A stretch of DNA of 64,000 bases from Tricharina praecox (GCF_024521635.1 NW_026250405.1:930001-994000), one strand, 5' to 3'; counted from the first letter of the stretch, positions 1-13,257 are shown. Made by a program: numbers and translations. The notes: generated from the sequence alone by a model not told the origin.

Positions 1-976
1 CCCTGGAAATGTAGAGTAGAGTAGAGTGCAGTACCCACCAGCATCGTTCGCAAAGCTCGTATCAAAGTCCGGCAGGTTCGGGGGGTTCGGAGTGTCGGTC
101 GGAGTGTTCGTCGGCATCTTTGTATCGCTATCGTAACCGTGGGAAGTGGTGGTGCATCCTCTTGCTCTTGCGTGCTGTGTTTGTTGCGTGTAGTAAATAT
201 GGGACCCCGAGTGGCGAAATCTCCCTGGACTCGGACTTGGACTTGGTGCTTCGAAGTAGCTGGAGTAGAGTAGCGTTGTGTTGCGTCACTGATGGATGGC
301 ATGGGGCCAGGATCAGGGGCTCGCGCTCCCTCCGAGCTTCCCCCCAGTGCCCTCAGTGCCCCATACTCACGCGACTAGCCAACCACCATCCACCCACCCG
401 CCCGGCGCCCGCCCGCCTGCATACGGCATATCTCGATTCTGAGATCTCGGACGAGATGTGATGTTTCTATAATTGTATTGCAGCAATGTATGATACGAAC
501 GAACGAGTAGGTACTGTGGTATGGTATCGCGAAAAGTAAAGCACAGTAAAGCACAGTAAAGCAAAGGTAGATAAAGCAAAGCAGACTTTCAAACGCCGTA
601 CATGATCCTCTCCTTACTCCCCCTCCTGCTCCTCCACCTGCTCCTCCTGCTTCTCCTCCAGCTTCTCCTCATGAATGGCTTTTGATGGACATGGACAGGA
701 CAGGCAGGCCCACTGCAAACCAACAAAAAAACGTGACAAAAAAATCAAAAAAATCAAACAAAACCCGAGTAAACCACCCAATCCGATCCGATCCCGATCC
801 GTCGCCCATGATAAATAAGATGCAAATGATGATAAAAATCCAGAGCAGACCCTCCCATCCGTAATGACGCCGCAGAGACAACAAATGACAAGATAAATCA
901 CACAAAACAAAAACGAACGGATGTCAAATGAACCAGCACTGCATCCCCCACCCAGCAGAAGTGGCTGGCTAAGTAG

Positions 977-2333
977 CTACGCCTTCTTCCTCCCCCACCA
1001 AGCGCCAAACTCCATGCACTCACCGCCGCGCAGCCCATGGCCATCGAACCAGTTCCACATCAGCTCACGGTACCAGCCATCCCACTCGTCGAGGTCAATC
1101 TCGTTCGCGTCCCGCAGCATAGGCTCCATAGCCTCGATGAGCTGGACGAACGCGAGCTTTGCGAGCTGTCGTACGGCGCGCTCCTCGTCCGCCAGCGGGG
1201 ACGGGTAGCAGCTGTCGATGGAGGTGGAGGATCTCCGATTGCTGTAGTGGTGCGATTGTGCGCCGCTGCCTCTCCGTTTCCGAAAGACCTGTTTCGACGA
1301 GCCCGCGAGGGATTCGACGCTGCTGCCGCCGGTACTCCGTCGCTTCGAGCAGGTGGAGCTGGAGGTGTCAGATGCAGAATCCACGTTTGGTGATTCCCAC
1401 CAGATCGTGTCCAGCGGGAGAGCGAGGCGTTTGGTTTGTATGGCGGTCACGTTGTCTTCCATGACTATGCTTGGGCCGGCGAGGGTGCATGGTACCGGCG
1501 GGAGGTCGCGGCCCATGAGCGCTTTCTGCACCCGCTCGTTCCATTGTTGGATGAACGCGTTTTCGCTGTTGGGGTTGAGTTGAACCATGCCGCTCACGTC
1601 GTAGGCACTCGATGTCGGCGAGTAGGGGATGCTTGTACGCTGGATCGTGCGGATGACGTAGTCGTCTTTTCTAGAGTTAGCATGCGATGATCGACACGGA
1701 CCGAGGCGGAGACGGGGAAGGAGACGGTGAAGGAGACGGAGACGTACTGCACTGGAGCTCAAAGCACCCTCCCGGTCTCAGCAGACGCATCATCTCGCCG
1801 ATGATGCCGGAGTACATATTCTTCGCCGGTATCGACAGCATCATATCCCTCGCAAAGATGAAGTCGAACGAATTATCCTCGAACGGCAGCGGGGCCATGA
1901 GGATGTTGTGCTTGACGAACCTAAAGTTGACGCCCTTCATCTCCATGTATGTGGGCTCGAGGTCGAGCCCGGTGAACTCGATGTCGGGCCGTCCCAACGC
2001 CGCAAAGTAATCGGCCATGCTAGCGCTCCAGATGCCACTGCCGCATCCCAGATCGAGCACCTTCTCGGGGATCTTCTCGCGCTTGAAGTCGGTGCAGCAA
2101 TACCCGCCGTAGAGCTCGCGGCTGAGCTCGTGCCACAGCGCCTGCCGGCTCATCTCCTTGACGTCGCAGGCGAGCGGATACGGTATCGAGTCGTCGTTGT
2201 GGTATTTCCGTCCATTGCGGGTTGTGAACGGAGGCTTTGGCTGGGCCGATGTGCGTTTCCGCAAGCGTGATGCGGGCGAGTTTGGTATCGGACTCATGAT
2301 CGGATCGGAATTGAGGAGGAATACTGCTTCCAT
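977..2333 (-). CDS. Class I SAM-dependent methyltransferase domain protein (fungal, LaeA/Methyltransf_23/25-like), ~424 aa; exons 2333-1748 and 1665-977
   Basis: Contains YPLACDVKEMSRQ, motif I VLDLGCGSGIW, and LPFEDNSFDFIF...RLLRPGG. The intron has a GTACGT donor at 1747 and a GCTAAC branch point; the AAG acceptor at 1666 keeps the frame (1275 nt total). Confidence 0.85.
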
Positions 2334-5129
2334 GGGATGGATTACGAGCTTTAGGAGGCGGGCGGGGAGGAGGGGGAGCTAGAGTTGTGGCGTTTTGTGT
2401 TGGCGGCGGCGTCGCGTGATGTTGGCGGGCGGGGAGGGGGGGGGGATGATCAAGGACACGTGAATGCGGAGAATCAAGATGCGGCTTGCAGGAGTACTCG
2501 AGGGAGATCGAGGGATGGATCGGGCGGGCGGGTTGGATTGATGATGGCAGAGGCGACGACAGCGGACACGCGTGAAACAGCTAAGGATCTCGACACACAA
2601 GACGTCAACGGTTTTGGTTGGGTTGGGGGCAACGGAGAGACGAGACAGAGCCGAGACAATTCTCGCAGTGATAGTGGGCGAGAGCACAGCACGGAGAGCG
2701 GTCGGGGAGCACATGGTATTTAGGTAAGATGCTGCAGCGAGCGTGGGTATGTAATTGTAGATGATCCAGAAGCCAGTCAGGAAAGAAGAAAAGAAAAGAG
2801 AGAAGCAAAGCGGGCGGGCGCAAAATTACCGACCCAGTGCGATGGGTGGGGTATGGTATGGGGGTGGGTATGGGGGGTGGGTATGGGGGGGATTGTGTGT
2901 GTGGAGTGAGTGTGTTGGGTGGAAGGGCGGAAGGGTGTGGGTATGGAGGAAACAAGGCCGCAAATGAAGCCGTGCCTGGCTACTCGTCCACGATGATGAA
3001 ATGAAGCTTTACTCGACGGGCTCCTAGTGCGGATCCTCTCACCTCGTCCTGTTGTTTCCGACTTGCTGGCAGCGGGCCAAGGAACCCCAATGCAGGCAAG
3101 CTGAGGGTCCCAGCAATTTGGTTGCTCCGTCCGTCGGTAGATGGCCCCTTGACCCCCTTTGACCCCCAGGAAGAAAAAGCAACGTCTGGGAGGGGGATAT
3201 CGGGAGGAGAAGATCTCGGGATTTCGGGGAGGGAGGAGGACCGAGTGGGGGGAGGAGGGCTGGAGGGCTGGTTGGTGGAGGAGGGTGGAAGGTGGAGGAG
3301 TGTGCGGGCGGGTGTGCGTGTGTAAGTGGGAGTGTGTACGGCAGTGGTTGAGTTCTCTTTCGAATCCGGATCCTGATTCCTCCTGCTGCTGCTGGTTGGA
3401 GGTTGCGGGATTATTGTGTGATGTCCGTCTGCCGTCTGCAGACGGATCGGTACAAGCTTCGTTCGTTTCGAAACGGTTTGGAAGCGGTGGCCGGGGTGAT
3501 GGAGCGTGAGTGCGTGAGTGCGTGAGTGCGTGAGTGCGTGCGCGTGAGGAAACAGACAGCGGTAGAGAAGTTATGGCGGTGGTGGTCGTGGTGGCTAAAT
3601 AACGGCGATGGAAGTGTGCAACCTGGTCGCATGTGACGAGGCGAAACACAGGCTCGCAGTCTCACACAGGCGGCGGATATCTATATCCAGCTCACTCGCG
3701 GTAACCATTCTGGACTCTGGAGTAGGTACCTTCAGACGACTAGAGTAGGTAGTACTTTGTGTACAAAGTCCTGCAGAACCGAGCTCAAAGTAGGGCAGGA
3801 GGTATGATCTGTAAATAAGATACCGTCGTAGCTGTAGGTTCTGAGATGCGGGTGCGAAGATGTGAGGAAGGATGCTCAGCAAAGGCATTCCCAGGTCAAT
3901 CCCAGATCACTCGAAACGAGCGAGTGAGAGAGAGTTCGAAACGAGAATAGGTAGATACGGTAGAGTACTGTGTAGAGTACCTCTCAGTACCGGTAGCCTA
4001 TAGAGTCGGTCCATCGTCCTAGTGTGCACTCTACCATACCCACTACGACTAGAGTGGGTACCTATTCGACATCGCCGCGTATCGGGGCTCAGCGGAATTA
4101 CTCCTGGTGATCGGCGAGCGACGGGCGGACCCAAAGATACATCCCAAGCCAACCGGAGGAACTGCCATGGTGACAAACAACCACAGCTCCAGATTCACGC
4201 ATGGGCAACTGGACCTGCAGATTTCTTCGATGCTTCGAGATGAACCTCCGAGGAACCGAGGGCGGGTCGGTCGGTCGTATGATTCTAGACGGGGAAGAAG
4301 CAACAACAAAACAAAGCCTCACATTCCACGGACATGTGGACGAGGGCACCCTGGAGGTTACTTCGCTGAACGAGTACGGTATTCTACATAGGCAAGTACC
4401 ATTACTTGGTATGGAGGTACTGGTACATACCGGTACTTGAAACAAAATTCGCTCGTGTTGCCGCTGTTATGTAACCACATGCTTACTCGTGTCGAGTACT
4501 CTACGGGGAGGAGTGAACTTTGAAGCTTGCGGCCATGCCCCAACCGGTGTCTGCGAATTCTCACGATCCGGCTTTGACTTAGCTCGCGCGCTCAAACGAA
4601 CTCGAGCTTACGTGACATCCCTCCCGGGTTGTTCGGGCGTGGGCCGGAGCTGCAGCCAGCGGAAAGTCACTAACTACTGCAGTCTCGTCCCATCCATTTT
4701 GTGTTTCGCTAGCCAGCTGCTCGTCCGTACTTACGTAGATTTCTACGCGGCCGAAATGGAAGGAACAGCTTCCAGCTTCTTCCAGCTTGCAATTTGCAAT
4801 TTGCAGCCTCATCGTCCCCTTCAGCCTGCCCGGGGATCCTGGCGTTTCTCGGGCCTTTCCGTTCTTTGGCTCTTCGCCGGAAGCGAAAGTCTGTTTCGAC
4901 ATCGGCAATGGTGAGGGGGGGATTCGGAGCAGCGGATGTTGTGTATAATAGGTCATCATATCGTGCGTATGTAAGTCGAGTACGTACTACGATCGTGCGG
5001 CCACGGTCACGGTCACTCGAGCTCTTTATGCTTTTGTATGTACCGTCTCATCCGACGCCGGAACGTTTGAACGAAACGTGGCTGCCACAACTTCCCGCTC
5101 ACTTCTACTAGGGGTTGCGGATAAGCGTA

Positions 5130-5290
5130 ACTTTGCCGCTTCTCTGCAGCGTTAAGTATACTCTGACTTTGCCGCTTCTCCAGAGCATATTCGTACTTCT
5201 CCACTTCTCCGCTTCTCCACAGCGTACATATAGTACTCTTACTATGCCGCTTCTCCAGAGCGGCGCAGTGACTGTGCCACTTCGCCCACA
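5130..5290. repeat. Degenerate array of five ~22-bp units (ACTWTGCCGCTTCTCCASAGCG) with variable linkers
   Basis: Units start at 5130, 5166, 5203, 5241 and 5271 (last one degenerate). Confidence 0.8.
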
Positions 5291-7155
5291 TTCTGCACTC
5301 GGTACTTCTCGTACCTCTGTACGCACGGCAGCGCATAAATTCCCACCGTCAGCACGTCCAAGTAACGTTTCGAATCCTCCGAGGTGAGAGTGAGATTGCA
5401 TCGGCGGAGGGGAGGGGATGGGGGAGGGGGGGAGGATGACGAGAGCAGGGAGATCTCAAACAAGGGGTCAACTGGCTCAAGTTATGCAGTCGAAGCGAGT
5501 GTTCGGTGCAGTGGAACGCAGATGCGAATCCGGAGGCGGGCGACAGGATGGATGGGACATCTGGATTCCTATTGCAATTGATGAGTGTCGCGTGGGAGAT
5601 AAGGATGGGGTTTTCACTGTGTGAATCGCATCGCACACACAACTATCCGCCATCTCGACCTGGCCCTTTGCGCTTCCATGGCGTGCAGCTTGAGGAGAAA
5701 GACGTCTTTGCCGCAATGGGTGCCAAGGGCCGGAATGCTCCCGGGTGAGCAGTTAATAAGGAGATTTCTGCTGCTCATGCAGACGAATTGCCTGCGACGA
5801 AGCATGTAACTATAGTTAGTACTCCACTCCACTTCCATCCACTCTGGCGGCTCTGTGCATGATGGTCATCGTCAGTCAGTGGAACTTTGGCTTCATCGCA
5901 CACAGGTTGCCTGCGTCGCATCGGCTCGGCTGGTTGTTTACCTGGGAAGAGCGTGACTGAAGCTGGCAGCACTTCTGGCGGCTCAATCCACAGTCTTTGT
6001 TTCCGAGCGTCTCCCCCAAGTTCCCCCTCCTTTCCCCTCCGCTTCCCCTCGCTCCTTTGACGTCCATCCATTCATCGATCTATCCACCATCGACGGATCT
6101 CGTCATTCAGGCCACTCGGTCGCCCGTGCAGCAGAGTACAATCACAGACAGTTACTCCGTTGCCTGGGTGCTTCCCCTTCTTCTGTCAGACCTCAAAAGA
6201 AAATTCTTCACGCTCCCATACAGTGACACTACCAACTTACCTTTCCCTGCATTGTTGCCTCAAAGTGTTGCTGTTGCTATTGCTGTTGTGTTGTTGTTGT
6301 TGCTGTTGTTATTGTTGTTGCCTCTCGAAACTGCCTCTCGAAACTGCCCTTGCGCTCCTGCTTCTCTTCGCCGCCACGCCACCCAAACTGACTCTAAGCC
6401 GCACCTCCAAACCAACCCCAACTCTCTCCTCCATCTACCTCTAGCCTCCTCCGTACCTGCCCCCCTCGTACTCGCAACGTCACCTCCAAGCCCACCTCTC
6501 CATCCCATCTCTCAACCCGTCTTCAACAACTCATCCATCCTACCAGCGACACACATCCGCCGCTCCTTCAACCCTATCGCTCCCGCTCACGATCACGATC
6601 ACAAACCCACCTCCGCCATCCCTCCTCCACGAATTGAGCCTTCCGCTGACGTTTACGAATCTTACGCACACCCACACCCACACAAAGACAGACATCCGCT
6701 CACACAAATAACCTTCGGCCGTTCGCTCCGCTCCACCTTGTTACTCTTCGCTGCTAGGCTGGTCATCGTCGCTGATCTGCCCCACCTATCGCTGCCCCTC
6801 CTGCCTGTCCGCTTGCATCCAACTCCATCGATCTTTTGCGCCGGGGTGAGAAGAATAGAATAGCAGGACCAGACAGAGAGGCGGGAAGATAGAGAACGAG
6901 AAAGACAAAAAGAGAAAAACAGAGCAGGAAACGGAGTCGGAACCTGCGAAGGAAAGAGAGACAGAGAGCGAGAGAGGTACTATCACGGGTGCCTCTCTGA
7001 TGTGCAAACGAAGAGAGCGACTATACAATACACTGGGAGACGCTTACACCTCCGACACGTAAAAAAAAAACCAAACGAGATCCAACCGTCCGCGCACAAG
7101 GCTTTGTCTGGGTCATACTCAGCATCTGCCTTCTCGGTCCTTCGTAGTTAGTCGA

Positions 7156-9529
7156 ATGGCTGATGGTTATGCCCACTTTCAGCATCCCTATCCAACCTTC
7201 TCACCGCAACAACGACTTCGGCGAGGAACACCCCCTCAGACCCCCTCTCCCTCACGATCACCCGCTCCACAGTCCCCTGGAGCGTACTTCTTTCAGAACC
7301 CGGGACACTCTCACACCATGATGAACCCACAGTCTCACCGTGGCTATCTGCCGCAATCAAAGTTCATGCCCGGCTTTGGACAACAACATCAACAGGTAGA
7401 TCAAGGTATGGGCCATGTGCAGAACGGCGCCAACAATTCACTCGGCGGCGGTCATCAACACAATCTCTCCGGCGGCTTCGGCAACGGAAACTACCCCTCC
7501 CCCCAACACGCCGTCGCTACCGCAAATATGCAGAACGCCTCGCCGCATTGGCAGGAACAACATGCCCTGCTGAATGCGTCCCGAAGCTCTAGCGAACCCC
7601 ATCATCACGCACGCCAGGCTGCCCTACTCAACAAGAATTCTTCGGCGAATGTGACGGTTGCTGGAGGCGTCAACCCGAATTCGTACAACCCCCCGGTCTC
7701 GCAGAACCGGAAGGACGGACCCCCGGCCGAGGTGGCAGAGCTGCGCAACGGCAATGGAGAAATAGAAAGGCAGGACTGGAAAGCTTTAGATCTGGGAGGT
7801 CAGGGACTTCATGCTCTGTCGAATGCCCTCTTCGCGTACACCTTCCTCGACAAGTTGTATATTAACCACAACAAGCTCACCAAGCTTCCGGCAGCCCTCG
7901 GAAAGCTCAAGCTGCTGCAACTTCTGGACGCATCCAACAACCAGTTGACCGAATTGCCCGCAGAGCTCGGAATGCTGACCAATCTACGTCAACTCCTGGT
8001 GTTCGACAACAAGCTCACGTCGCTCCCATACGAACTCGGTTCCTTGTATCACTTGGATGTTATCGGCGTCGAAGGGAACCCTCTCCAGGAGTCTTACAAG
8101 TCGATCCTCATGAAAGAGGGAACTCGGTCATTGATCGTTAATTTGAGAGACAACGCGCCAGGTAAGTTTCCTTCTCGATAAGGTTCACCCCGAAATCTCC
8201 GAAACATCCGCTAACGGATTTTCTTAGAGGAAGCTTATCCCCTTCCTCCGGTCGAACGCGATTGGGTTGTTCTTGCCGAGCCCGAAGGGGAAATCGATTC
8301 ATTCCAGGTCGTATGCTACAACATTCTCTGCGACAAATACGCGACTGCGAACCAGTACGGATACGCTGCTTCGTGGGCGCTCAACTGGGAGTACCGCCGA
8401 GACCTCATCCTCCAGCAATTGATCACCGCGAAGGCCGATATCATCTGCCTTCAAGAAGTGGATGCGGACAGTTTCGATGAGTATTTCATGGACAGGCTGA
8501 AGGATGAGGAATATGCCGGAGTCCACCAGCCCAAGAGTCGTGCCAAGACCATGTCCGAGAACGAGAGGAGAAAGGTAGATGGTTGCGCAACTTTCTATAA
8601 CACCACAAAGTATTTCACCTTGGATGGATCTTTAGATAGGATAGGGGGGAAGGGGAGAGGGAGGACGTTCCGTGCTGACCCGTTGTTTTTCTTCTAGGTA
8701 TACCATGCTCGATAAGCACATTCTGGACTTCAGTTCTTCGGCAATCCAGCGCGAGGACTTCAAGAGAACCGCCGATATCTTCAACCGCGTGATGCCGAAA
8801 GACAACATCGCCATCATTACTTTCCTGCTCAACAAGCAGACTGGTTCGAGACTCATCGTCGCCAATGTTCACATCACCTGGGACCCCCAATTCAAGGATG
8901 TCAAGCTCGTGCAGGTTGCTATGCTATTGGAGGAGATTCACCGTCTGGCATCGAAGTGGCAGGATTTCGGTAATAGGGAACTGGAATCCGGCGTACCACC
9001 TCCCCCGCCGTACGCGGAACATACTCAGATTCCGCTGGTCATCTGCGGTGATTTTAACTCTATTGCGGAGAGTGGAGTCTACGAGCTCTTGTCTCGAGGA
9101 TCCATTGGAAACGACCACGACGATCTTTCCGGCAGGATTTACGGCAACCTCACCAGGGATGGCATCTCACATCCGTTCCCGCTCAAGAGCTCGTACTCGA
9201 ACGTTGGAGAACTCAAGTTTACGAACTACACGCCTGGCTTCACCGGTGTCATTGACTACATCTGGTACACCACGAACTCGCTGAACGTCACGGGCCTGCT
9301 GGGGGATGTGGATGACAAGTACCTCGCCACAGTCCCGGGATTCCCAAATATACACTTTCCGAGCGAGTAAGTTTGACAGTTCCTAACCTAATTTCGTGGT
9401 GTTGATGCTAACTCGTTGCTTTCCAGTCACATCCTCCTGCAAGCAGAATTCCAGGTCAAGCCTCGGAAAGAGGTCGTTAAGAAGCCACCTCCACCCGATT
9501 TTGGCGGAAGCTCTTCACGGAACAGATAG
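7156..9529 (+). CDS. CCR4: CCR4-NOT deadenylase subunit Ccr4 (LRR + EEP nuclease), ~719 aa; exons 7156-8161, 8228-8609, 8698-9366, 9427-9529
   Basis: LRRs (LDLGGQGL, LYINHNKL) followed by EEP motifs YNILCDKYAT, ADIICLQEV, VDGCATFY, ICGDFNS, FTNYTPGF.GVIDYIWY, FPSDH. Three canonical introns; spliced length 2160 nt is in frame. Confidence 0.97.
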
Positions 9530-10551
9530 CGGTTTTCACGGACGACAACCGGGGAAGCCTGGCTTCAGCTGACCTTTCCAGGTATTGTTTGGTGGGGATC
9601 GGTTGTTTGTTTTTGCGTGAGCACTGTGCCGTTTGTCTGTTGGTAGGGTTGGTGGGCGAGGGAGGCGTACTATAGGGCATTTGCTTTGGGCGTCGTTTCG
9701 TTTCGTTTCATCTTTTTGTTGGCTCAATTTCGTTTTCTTTTGCGGGTATCCTTTATTTTCTCAATCTCTCAATCTCTCCATCTCTCCCTCCCTGTCTCTC
9801 CCTCTCCCTCTCTCGCTCTCGCAGCCGTTGAAGATCTCTGTCACGTTTGTTTCTTCATTCCCTACCTATTCGCCGTCGTGTCGCCTTCCACAAATATACC
9901 AACCCAAAACGTCATGGCGCCTACAATTGACGTGACGTGTTTTTTTTTCCCCATCTTCACTTTGCGTTGTTGTATGATCGGGTGGTTCAGGTGTGATGCG
10001 ATCATGTGCTCATGTGCTCATGTTCATGCTTCAAGCTTTTTTCGTGTATCTGTGTGTGTGTGTTGGGGGGCTTCCGTTTTGCTGTCATCTCTTTTTTTTC
10101 CTTTTTTTCGGGGCTTGTTTCGTTTCGTTCGTTCCGCTTTGTTTTCCTTTTCTTTTCTTTTCTTTACGAAGGTACCGGGAATTCTGGTCCAGCTACTTTT
10201 TTCCCCCTACGATGTGTGCTGTGGTGAGATCGGGCGGAGGGGTGGAGGGGGAGGTTGGAGGGGGGGAGGTTGATTTCTGCTGCTCTTCTGCTTCTGCTCT
10301 TCTGCTCGCATGATATGCTTTTCCGTACTTACTTTACTTACTTTACTTACTTGCTTGGGGTGTTTGATGAATTGTGGAAGAAATACTTTCTGCGGTATCT
10401 ACAGAGAGGACGAGTGATGTGCTGTGTAGCTACTATATGTGGGATTGGATCACGTGTTATACTACCGTAGTAATCGTGAACATGGAAAAATCCGAACCGC
10501 CCACCCACGGAATAAACCGAGCCCCACCACCCCACCACGACGACCACGACA

Positions 10552-11463
10552 ATGCTCCCCCTCCGGCTCCTCGTGCGGCCGCTCCGGCCACCGCAGCACC
10601 CGCTATCCCTCGGACTGCGGACCTTCTCCAAAAAATCCAAGCTGAAGCCGAAGCCGAAGCCGAAGGCCTTACCCAAGCCCGCTTCGAAGCCCAAATCCGC
10701 GCCGAAGGCCGCGCCCAAATCCGCTCCCAACTCCGCGCCCAAATCCGCGCTCCCACCCCCACCGCCCTCGCTGACGACACTTTTATCGCAAGCCTCAGGA
10801 CCCACGCTGCTGTACGCGAAGCACTCGGGCAAGTTCCTGGCGGCATCCTACACCGTCGCGGCAGCGTTCGGCTACATGTGCTGGGATACGTACGAGAGCC
10901 GGATCGCGCACCCGCCCGTGCCGCTGCCGACGTGGATGCGCGGCGCGTTTTTCGTTACCATTGGCGTGACCGGCGCGTTCGCGGCGTTTTTCGCGTGGAG
11001 GCCTGTTATGTACGTACTCTACTCAGGTTGGGGGAAGGTGGGGGTTAATGGGCGGTGGGAGGATAGGCTGCTACAGAAGATCTACGCGCACCCCGTCGCG
11101 GGGGCTCCAGGCACAGTGAAGTTCGTCCTCCATCGCCGGCCGATTCTCCCCGGCTTGCCGGACCGCAAAATCACCGTCGCCCACGCGTCCGATATCACGT
11201 TATCGCGGGTGCTGCAGCCGGTGGTTGCTGCGCCGACAATGGCGAAGAAGCCGCAGATCGGAGGTGTCAAGCGCATGGGAAGGATGCTCCTCGAGGCCCC
11301 GTTCACGTTCTTTCATGCCGCGAAGAATTTGGTCGTTAATGATGAGTTTGTTACGGTGAAGGTGAAGGGGGGCGGAACGTACTCGCTGCATCAGGACGGG
11401 TGGGTCTGGGAGAGGCGCGGGATTGATAGGTTGTTTGGGACTAAGGCTGCGACTAAATACTAG
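10552..11463 (+). CDS. Probable mitochondrial two-TM membrane protein (TMEM223/Mrx15-like); likely in-frame intron 11010-11066
   Basis: Arg/Leu-rich, acid-free N-terminus (MLPLRLLVRPLR...RTFS) and two hydrophobic segments (FLAASYTVAAAFGY; AFFVTIGVTGAFAAFFAW). GTACGT...GATAG candidate intron. The family assignment is tentative. Confidence 0.65.
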   Translation: MLPLRLLVRPLRPPQHPLSLGLRTFSKKSKLKPKPKPKALPKPASKPKSAPKAAPKSAPNSAPKSALPPPPPSLTTLLSQASGPTLLYAKHSGKFLAASYTVAAAFGYMCWDTYESRIAHPPVPLPTWMRGAFFVTIGVTGAFAAFFAWRPVMYVLYSGWGKVGVNGRWEDRLLQKIYAHPVAGAPGTVKFVLHRRPILPGLPDRKITVAHASDITLSRVLQPVVAAPTMAKKPQIGGVKRMGRMLLEAPFTFFHAAKNLVVNDEFVTVKVKGGGTYSLHQDGWVWERRGIDRLFGTKAATKY

Positions 11464-11818
11464 GGTTTGGGACAGTTGATGGGGAGTGTAGATATGGGCA
11501 CGCACGCATGATAGTGGTGAACGTGAATGAAGGCCGGGAGTGATTGCAAACAAACGGAGGACTCGGGAGTGAGTGACATAGTGCACCGGAACCTCAGCGC
11601 TCTCTCTTGCAGGACACGTTACGTTACACAAACTGGTCCGTGCGTCATCAAGCTCGTTAGCGTGATCCGTCTCCACCCAACAACTTCAATCCCAACCACT
11701 GCCGGCCGCCACCTTGTGGGAAAGAAAGAAAAAAAATCTTGGAAACATCAACTTTCTTGAAGATTTCATCCACCATCACCACCGACCCGACCAGTAGACG
11801 ACCGACCCCACCGCAAAG

Positions 11819-13257
11819 ATGATCCAGCGTCTCTCTCTTCGCGCCTTCGGATCGCCGTTGCGGCGGCAGGCTCTTACTAGGGGTGCGTAACCCTACGCTT
11901 TTCACTCACGGTGGTGACGGTAGTGGGAGGGGAGGGGAGATAAGCGATTTACTGATCATAATGCGTGCAGGATTCCGCACCGCGACGGCCTACAACGCCG
12001 CGCAGGCAATGACCATGCCCGCCATGAGCCCGACGATGACGGAGGGCGCAATCGCCACGTGGAAGGTCGCCGAGGGTGTGTACCTGCCACCTCTCCCCCG
12101 CTAAACTACTCCGCTAATCCTCGCACCCAGGTGATTCCTTCTCCACCGGCGACGTACTCCTAGAGATCGAGACGGATAAGGCACAGATGGATGTGGAGGC
12201 GCAGGACGACGGGGTCATGGCCAAGATCGTGGTTGCGGCGGGGACGAAGGGTATAGCGGTCGGAACCCGCATCGCGGTGCTCGCCGAGCAGGGCGATGAC
12301 CTGGCTACGCTCGAGATGCCGGAGGATGAGGGCGCGGCGAAGGACACGGGCTCGGCGAAGAAAAGTTTGGAGCAGGTGAAAGAGGAGATCACACCTGCCC
12401 AGTCGAAGAAGGATGTTCGCGAGAACACCGCCGGTGAGGGGAAGAAGGCGGAGTCCGAGTTGGAGGCGAGCACAGAGTCGTCGCACCATGGGAAGCGGCC
12501 AACTCACCCGTCGCCAAGTGTGATGAATGCGCTGCGGATCAATGGGCTCTCGATGGAGGAGGGGTTGAAGATCCGGGGGACGGGACCGAAGGGCCGCCTG
12601 CTGAAGGGTGATATCCTCGCGCACGTCGGCAAGATCAACAAGTCTGCGCCCGCCGACCTCTCCGCACGGATCAACAAGATGGCGCATATGGACCTGTCGA
12701 ACATCAAGATCAAGCCAGCGGCTCCTCGCCCAGCACCCAAGAAATCCGCCGCTCTCCCACCACCCCCACAAGACACCTCCATCTCCCTGTCCATTTCCCT
12801 CGCCGAGATCTCGCGCGTCCAAGAGAAGATGCAGCGGACGCTGGGCACTCACGTCCCGCTCTCTGCGTTCATTTCCAAAGCCACGGCAGCGGCGAACGCC
12901 GCCCTCCCGCCGCGGGCCCTCCCACCATCCGCGGACGAACTATTCAACGACATCCTAGGCCTCCCCAACGCGCCCCGGCGAACCAGCGCAGGCACCTTTG
13001 CACCCTCGTTCTCGCCGCTGCATAAGTCGCCTGCCCTCGAGGTCGGGAAGAGCGACGTGGATATCTTTGATGAGCTCCTTGGTGGTGCGGCAACAACAGT
13101 CGCGCGCAAGGTCGCGGCCCCCGCCCAGGGGATCGTCGCCGGCGGAGAGAACGTAATCACACTTACTGTGCCCCCGGCTGAGGAACAGCGCGCGCGTGTG
13201 TTCCTGGGCCGCCTGAAGAACCTGCTGGAGAGCACCCCCGGAGAGCTGGTCGTATAG
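11819..13257 (+). CDS. PDX1: Pyruvate dehydrogenase complex protein X (E3-binding protein), ~431 aa; exons 11819-11882, 11971-12075, 12131-13257
   Basis: Mitochondrial presequence, lipoyl domain MPAMSPTMTEG...LEIETDKAQMDVEA, E3-binding domain IRGTGPKGRLLKGDIL, and a C-terminal domain lacking the E2 catalytic DHR motif. Spliced length 1296 nt is in frame. Confidence 0.93.

Noticed and set aside
2990..3110. C/D box snoRNA (ATGATGA...CTGA)
   Set aside because: No convincing terminal stem or rRNA-complementary guide that I could identify.
2777..3649. 290-aa minus-strand ORF
   Set aside because: Built from microsatellites and C-rich promoter/UTR sequence; no recognisable motif.
5130..5290. CRISPR array
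   Set aside because: Eukaryotic context, no cas genes, degenerate repeats, and very short, partly related spacers.
5997..6863. 288-aa ORF upstream of CCR4
   Set aside because: Non-ATG start, low complexity driven by (GTT)n and C-rich DNA, no domain; better explained as UTR.
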